A program made the translations under genes and the position numbers. DNA of 64,000 nucleotides from Adineta vaga. Its lineage: Eukaryota > Animalia > Rotifera. The stretch spans positions 10,168,001 through 10,232,000 of the forward strand of contig CP075493.1 in assembly GCA_021613535.1 (NCBI GenBank). Direction: 5' to 3'. This document shows, piece after piece, positions 55,894 to 64,000 of this stretch (position 1 is the first letter of the stretch; every line of letters starts with the position of its first letter). The notes beneath the pieces are model-generated. The model worked only from the letters and a program-made list of their open reading frames with translations, had not been told where the DNA came from and ran no database searches.

Positions 55894-56004
55894 AAAATAA
55901 ACAACACGAAAAATTTTATTTTTTTATCTTGAATAAACTTCAGTTGTTTTATAATTCTAGAAAGAAAATCTTCTATTGAGTTGTTTTGTTTTACGATATT
56001 TCAG

Positions 56005-59000
56005 ATGGCGAATGAAAAACAAGAAAAAATCGACGAACAACTTCGTCCATTGTATGCTGAATTACAAAAATATAGTCAAACACAAGACTGGGATCGAGCA
56101 TTAAAAGTAACAAAGAAAAGTATGTATAATTGAAGAGATTCTATTTTCTCATTTCTACGTTTCAATATGTTTAGTTTTGGGAATTTCAAGTAACGAAAAA
56201 AAAGCAACACACTGTAAAATCATTTGTTTAATGCAATTGGATAAATTTGATGAAGCATTAACAACAATTGTGAAAAATGCAATGGATACAGAGTAAGACA
56301 TTCAAAGATGAGATTTACTTCTGTTATCAGTCTGCACGAACTTCTATCCTATTTGTGTCGTGTGTCATTTAGAGATTTGATATTTGAACGTGCCTATTGT
56401 GAATATCGTCTCAATCGTATCGAAGATGCCTACAAAACATTAAAGAATGTTGACAGAGACTTAAACGAACGTGAAAAAGAATTGTTTGCTCAAGTAGTAA
56501 GTAAAGATAATTTAATATTTATACTGTTCTATAAAGTTCAACCTGTTTTCTTTTGTACAGTTGTTTAAATTAGAAAACTATAGTGAGTGTGTGGAATCCT
56601 ATCGTGCATTATTGAAAAATAATGAAGATGAATATCAATCTACACGTCAAGCAAATTTTATTGCTGCATTGGCAACATGGAAACTTATTGATCCTTCGAA
56701 AAAAATTCAATTAGTAAATTTTTAAACTATCGAATCTATTGTCAAATATCTTTCTATTTTTAATCAAATAGGAATCGAATGATCTAAGCGATGAAACATA
56801 CGATACCACGTACAATTCTGCTTGTGTTCTTCTTAGTTCAGGTCAATATACCGAAGCAGAAAGTAAACTTCGAAAAGCTGATGGTAAGAAAGAATCAAAG
56901 ATGATTTTGATTTCATCTTCAAATCAATATCTTTCTTTTCATAGCACAATGTCGACGTGAATTAGAAGAAGAAGGAGATATGGCCGAAGACGAAATCTTA
57001 CGTGAAACTGCTAATATACGGTAAGCCGTTTGCTGTTTATAAACTTACCCATATGTTATTTCAAAACATCTCTTGTATAATAAAAATGTTACTTAAATAT
57101 GTACATTTTGCTTTTTGTTGTATTTCTACTTAGACAAAAAAAGTGCACTCCATTAGCTAAGAGATAATATAAGAATTAGAAATAAGGATGCATAAAATTG
57201 AATAACATACAACTGACAACACATCATAAGTCTGAAGTACAGAACGCTGTTCTTTTCTGTTTTTAATTGATATTAGTAAAAAGCTTCTCTACGTTACTTA
57301 CAATAGTAAAGATCGTACTAATTTATGCATTTAGTATAGTTCACACCAATTTGAAAAGAGCACTCTATTGTAAATGGATTTCCTTTTTAAATTTTAGAGT
57401 ACAATTAGCATATTGTCTTCAACAACAAGATAAAAATGTCGAAGCATTAACACTTTACAATGATGTTCTTAAGTCAAAGTATGATTGTTTTCTTCTCCAT
57501 TCTTTGGTTTCTTTTTATAATAAAGATGGTTTTTCATTTAATAGACCAACTGACTTAGCTGTTATTGCTGTTGCTTCAAATAATTTAGCGGTCTTAAATC
57601 GTGATCAAAATCTATTTGATTCACGTAAACGTATCAAAACAGCAGCAGCTCCCGAAACAGAACTAAAATTGAATGCTTTTCAAAAGAAAATCATTCAAGT
57701 TAATGAAGCATTATTAGCTATCTACACTGGTCAAGTTTGTATTGAATTTAAAATAGTTACCGAAATATAATTGAAGTTTATTGTAGCATGATACTGCTCG
57801 ACGTATTCTTGATAAGATGGTGCAAAAGAACGATGATACTGATGATACCATTCCCTTAGCAAAAGTTTCATTATTAATGAAAGAAAAGAAATTACCTGAA
57901 GCAACGCAATTATTACAAGTAACAAAGAATATTTACAATTGATATTAACTTGAATTTTAATTTAGGAGTTTATCGAAAATCATAAAGAAAAACGTATTTC
58001 AATCTATTGTCGATTAACATATGTACAACTTCTCCTATCACAAGGTTTCTTTTCAATCCTCAATATAATTGAAATTTAAAAATATCCTTTTTTCTTCTAG
58101 GAAAAGTTAGTCAAGCTTGTGATTTTATAAGAAAAGATGCTGAACTCTTAGTCAAGCCAGGAATTGTATGTCTTTTATTCAGATCATTTCTCACACAGAT
58201 ACATAATATCATTGTATTCTAGGTGGCAACATTGGTGACACTTTATAATTATTTAGAAGATTCAAAATCTGCTGCTGAAGTACTCAATGAAGCTGTCGAT
58301 CGTTTATATAATCTTGATCGAACTAAAGGCAAAAATTCTCGTGCATTATCATATTTGATTAAACAAAATATTATCTATCAAGAAAAACAAGGCAATGCAC
58401 AACGTGTAACAGAAATGCTTGAAATTCTTCATAAGTAATTATCTTTCTTTATTTGAAAGAGAAATCATCGTATTATTATTACTTTTTAGACTTTATCCAA
58501 ATGATACAAATACCTTATCGAAATTAATTGTTCATTATTTAAAATCCGATCCTGATCGAGCTAATTTATTAGCACAAAAATTACCTTCGATTAAACAATT
58601 AGCTGAAGGTGTCGATGCTGATATGCTTGAATCAACATTCGGCAAACGAGTACAAAAGGCAGAAAAAGCAACAGAAAAGTATATTTAATCTTTTTTTAGT
58701 ATTACTATCAATAGAGCATACATTGGTTCATTTAGAATAAAACCAAGTGATTCAAAATCAACACTAACAACAACAGCAGCAGCAGCGACAGGTGCGGCAA
58801 AACAAAAAAAGAAACGAAAACGAAAAAGTAGATCCTTATTTTCATCTTTATTTTTCAAAGTAGTAAATTTTTTCTCTTGTCTAAAGTTTGTTTACCAAAG
58901 AAATATGATTCATCGTCAAAACCTGATCCTGAACGTTGGTTACCATTACGTGAACGTTCTTACTATCGAGGTAAACGAGGAAAACGTGGTAAACAAGCAG

Positions 59001-59188
59001 CAGTTGGAAAAGGCACACAAGGTGCGATTGGATCCGATCAATCAGCTGCTACAACAGTGACAACAGCAAGTGGCGCTCAAAGATCGATGCCAACATCGAA
59101 AACGACAACAGGAGGAGCTACATCAACTCAACCGAAGCCAACGCCACCATCTGGCAAAACAGCAGGAAAACGACGAGGAAAACATTAA
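56005..59188 (+). CDS. SRP72: Signal recognition particle subunit SRP72
   Basis: HCKIICLMQLDKFDEAL, FERAYCEYRLN, VASNNL..NLFDSRKR, LPKKYD..PDPERWLPLRERSYYRG..KGTQG. Confidence 0.95.
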
Positions 59189-59951
59189 TTATCTTTTGCT
59201 TTTTAAAATTTTGTTTCATGAACATCACTTTTTAGCAATAAAAAACATGGATTAAAAACGTTTTTCAATTGTGCACTTTTTCCACTAATTTATAATGGAA
59301 AGAAATATAATGAAGTGACACGTCTCACTTACTTTCAAGATGACATGAGCTTTTCATAAAAGAAAGAAGGCAGTTGTTTCCGAAGAAAACAAAATTGATC
59401 GAGTTCTTTCAATAAACAATACCCTCAGGATGATCCAAATGAGGGCATTTATTCATTATAACTTCAAAATACTAAGAATTATGTTTTTATATTTTATTGA
59501 ATGACAAAGACAAATTCATATGATCATACAATTCGTTCTAACTAAAAAATAATCGAGGATTTTCATGCTACACGAAGCATTTAAAATTTAAACTCATAGA
59601 AATAAATTTTTTGACAGTGTGTTTAAATATACGTTCTGCAACACTGAGCAATATGTGTGGAAACAATAAATAAGCTAGAAATGAAAAGATATTCTGTACA
59701 TTTTAGTTATGTTTAGTATGTATACTCTGCTTTTGCAAACCATGATAATACCGCTTATAGCTTTCCAATATTATGAACATATACATAGCATGTATAAGAT
59801 AAACGACAGATCAATAAGATTGAGTGAGATAGAGAAAGAGAGTGAGAGCGCGAGAGACAAAAAAATGAATGAAGTTAAAAACAAATGAGAAATATTCAAC
59901 TGTTCAAATTGACAACGAGATTAGAAAAGGAAGAATTGAAGAGAAGAAGGA

Positions 59952-61704
<1,753 letters not shown>

Positions 61705-63555
61705 GATCACAATAGATTTCAAAACGGAATGATAAATAATCACATAAAATTCTAAAAATATAACATCAATCATCGATTTTATATAAATGTGTTTTTTTCT
61801 CTCTATATCGTTATTCAAACCTATCTTCAATTAAGTGTATATGTTTGAATGAAAGTGAATAGAAATTTCCATTTTCCTTCATTACCTATCCACATCCGCT
61901 CACTGAGCGCAAAAGGCAGCAGCTGTAGAAAATCATTATCAACCGACCGATAAAAGAACCCCTCGCATTTACTACACAAGATAATATAAAAAAAATATTT
62001 TTTTTCACAATATGAGAAAGATATAGAAACGTCAGAAATCATATGAAACGATTGAATGAAACATGAGCAATGGTGAATGAAGAAGAAAATGAACGTAGGA
62101 CTTGTCAAATTATTCTTCGCAGCTCACAACAGTATGACCTTTCCTTTGCTTTGCTTTCCTTTTCTTTTCTTTCTTTCGTTCTTCCTTTCACTCTCAACAC
62201 TCTCGGTGTTCTTATTTGGACGTAAAAAAAAAGAATTGGACTAAGAATAAAAAAAAAGTGAGCGAATGGTACTATAAATGATGAATGTATTCATTAGAAT
62301 GGTAAAAGAAGCAATTCTGAATCCTGTAAGACAAGATCTTCTTTATATATACAAAAGAAAGATAATGGATAAATAAGAATAATATGTTTTTAATGAATCT
62401 CAAAAGAACCAAAAATAATATTAACTCAAAACTTTGTATTATTGAATGAGTTTCTAATTCTAATAAATAGATGTTTCGATATTCTTATAGTCTTTTCTCT
62501 TCTACAAATGAATAATACTACCTGTTTGTCAAAATCGATAGATTTGAAACTTATTTGAAGCAAAAAAAAGACAACTATGTATATATATATAGAGTTAGTG
62601 AGTCATTCAACAAAGTATCGTGCTTGCTTCCTTGACAGTCAATGAGAAAGAGAAAGAGAAGAGAGAACTAACATAGTAAAGAACAAAATGCTTATATTTT
62701 TTTTCAATGGTTGATTGTTGAAACCAGTGAATAATAATACTCAGTTCGAAGGAGAACGGTTGGAAATCGAGTTCCAATCAAACAAACGTACTACAACGCG
62801 CTCTATACATAATCGACAGAGTTCGCTAGTTTGCGTCGTAACTTTACGTTCCATACACTTTAAAAAAGATGAATAAAACTTTTGATGATACTAATATATT
62901 ATTCGACTCAATTCGATCTTATTCTCCACCAATCTATACTTACTTTTCTCTATATTCCTTAGTTTTGGAATGGTATACACGTATATATATTTTAAACCAA
63001 TAATTTAGTAAGAAAAATAAAAAGTTAACTTATCCAATTATACTTTAACGCACTTCTATCTGTGGTTTACTCGTTAATTCTGCTGTACAAATCATAACAT
63101 TATTTTCATTAATTTAGTTTTATCACACATAGAAACTCATGGTGAAGATTATCATTTATTTGAAATACAATGACATATTCATTATGGCGTTCTTCAGTTG
63201 TAGCTCTTTCTTAGCACATTTTTGTTATACAAGGTCATTATCTTCTATTCCACATCTATAATTCAGTTTATAATTAAAGATAACGTTCACATTTCTTAAC
63301 AACTAAATTTTGAATAGAACCATCTTCAAATATACATTGTTTCAACTAGGTATTTTCATTGTATTTCTTTATGAAAGAATATCTTTTTGAATTGTTAATT
63401 CCACATTTCGTAAAGACATTACTATTCAAATGAATTGATCAGTGCCTTAGATCTGACTATTTAATTAAATGATTTTCTATTTTTGTAACTAAACTTTTTT
63501 CCATTGATCAATTACATTTGCATATTCATATTCCCCATATGGAAACAAGACACAA

Positions 63556-63578
<23 letters not shown>
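63556..63578. repeat. (GA)n microsatellite
   Basis: About 11 GA units in a row. Other short microsatellites: (TA)n ~40160-40184, (AG)n ~42738-42751, (AAG)n ~45988-46011. Confidence 0.85.
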
Positions 63579-63586
<8 letters not shown>

Positions 63587-64000
63587 TTCGTGACACGGCA
63601 AGTAGTTTCACAGTTACCAGATGGTTGACGACGAAATTAAGAGTAACTCTATGCATACATATAACTCTTCTTCTTTTCATCAATGAGATTACCGATCAAA
63701 AACGAAACTAAAGTACGTCATCGATTACCACCTGTTATCACTTGTAATTGTTCAAGTTTGACCCACCCATTCATTTCTTTCCTTTTTTGGTCATCTTCTC
63801 TGGAGACATGTCCACATATATCACTTGTTCTTTTTCACGTCACAATTAAAAACGAAACTACTAGAGGACAATCTATCAAGGGACTTATCATTGTAATTCA
63901 GGTAGATTGATCGATGAGAGTACGTTCATTTTCTTTTTTCGTTCCATCTGATTATAAATGAGAACAAGAAAAAAAAAAAGCAAATTGTTGTTTTTTTCTT

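Noticed and set aside
55564-55900. Antisense and alternative-frame ORFs with poly-L/A/S
   Set aside because: By-products of the CAG/CAA poly-Gln tract in the last ASCC2 exon.
62755-62835. Small hairpin TTGGAA..TTCCAA and a CTAG preceded by a weak inverted repeat (Helitron end or tRNA-like?)
   Set aside because: Stems are short and imperfect, there is no cloverleaf or A/B boxes, and no second copy in the window.

Overview
AT-rich, gene-dense eukaryotic (metazoan) DNA with many ~45-80 bp GT-AG introns. The style suggests a bdelloid rotifer; this is inference, since the sequence itself names no taxon. By splicing exons manually I find 19 protein-coding genes and one eroded pseudogene. On the + strand: PARP4/vault-PARP, FABP, an uncharacterised gene, a DUF547 gene with its decayed tandem copy, an HR96-like nuclear receptor, a small orphan secreted protein missed by the ORF track, ASCC2 and SRP72. 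On the - strand: SLC5A7, a DUF3712/Tag1-like probable fungal-type gene, a small mitochondrial-type membrane protein, a Tudor protein, IMMP2L, CMPK1, WDSUB1, a long coiled-coil protein, GALK2, SAP130, a CHP-like gene nested in an ASCC2 intron, and kinesin light chain. The standout is the PARP4 gene (854-9505). Between its VIT-vWA module and its C-terminal vault-binding-like domain it carries a string of fragments copied from or mimicking core cellular machines: a possible degenerate 14-3-3 C-half, two ribosomal P-stalk tails (DDMGFGLFD), half an R-SNARE motif, FG/poly-Pro repeats and an Hsp70 linker plus substrate-binding domain. I interpret this as a candidate integrated-decoy ('bait array') ADP-ribosyltransferase; that function is hypothesis. 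Also notable are a tightly packed operon-like block with unpaired splice acceptors (29.6-36.8 kb), microhomology-scarred decay of the duplicate, and frameshifts in GALK2 and KLC. No rRNA, tRNA, CRISPR or intact transposon was seen.
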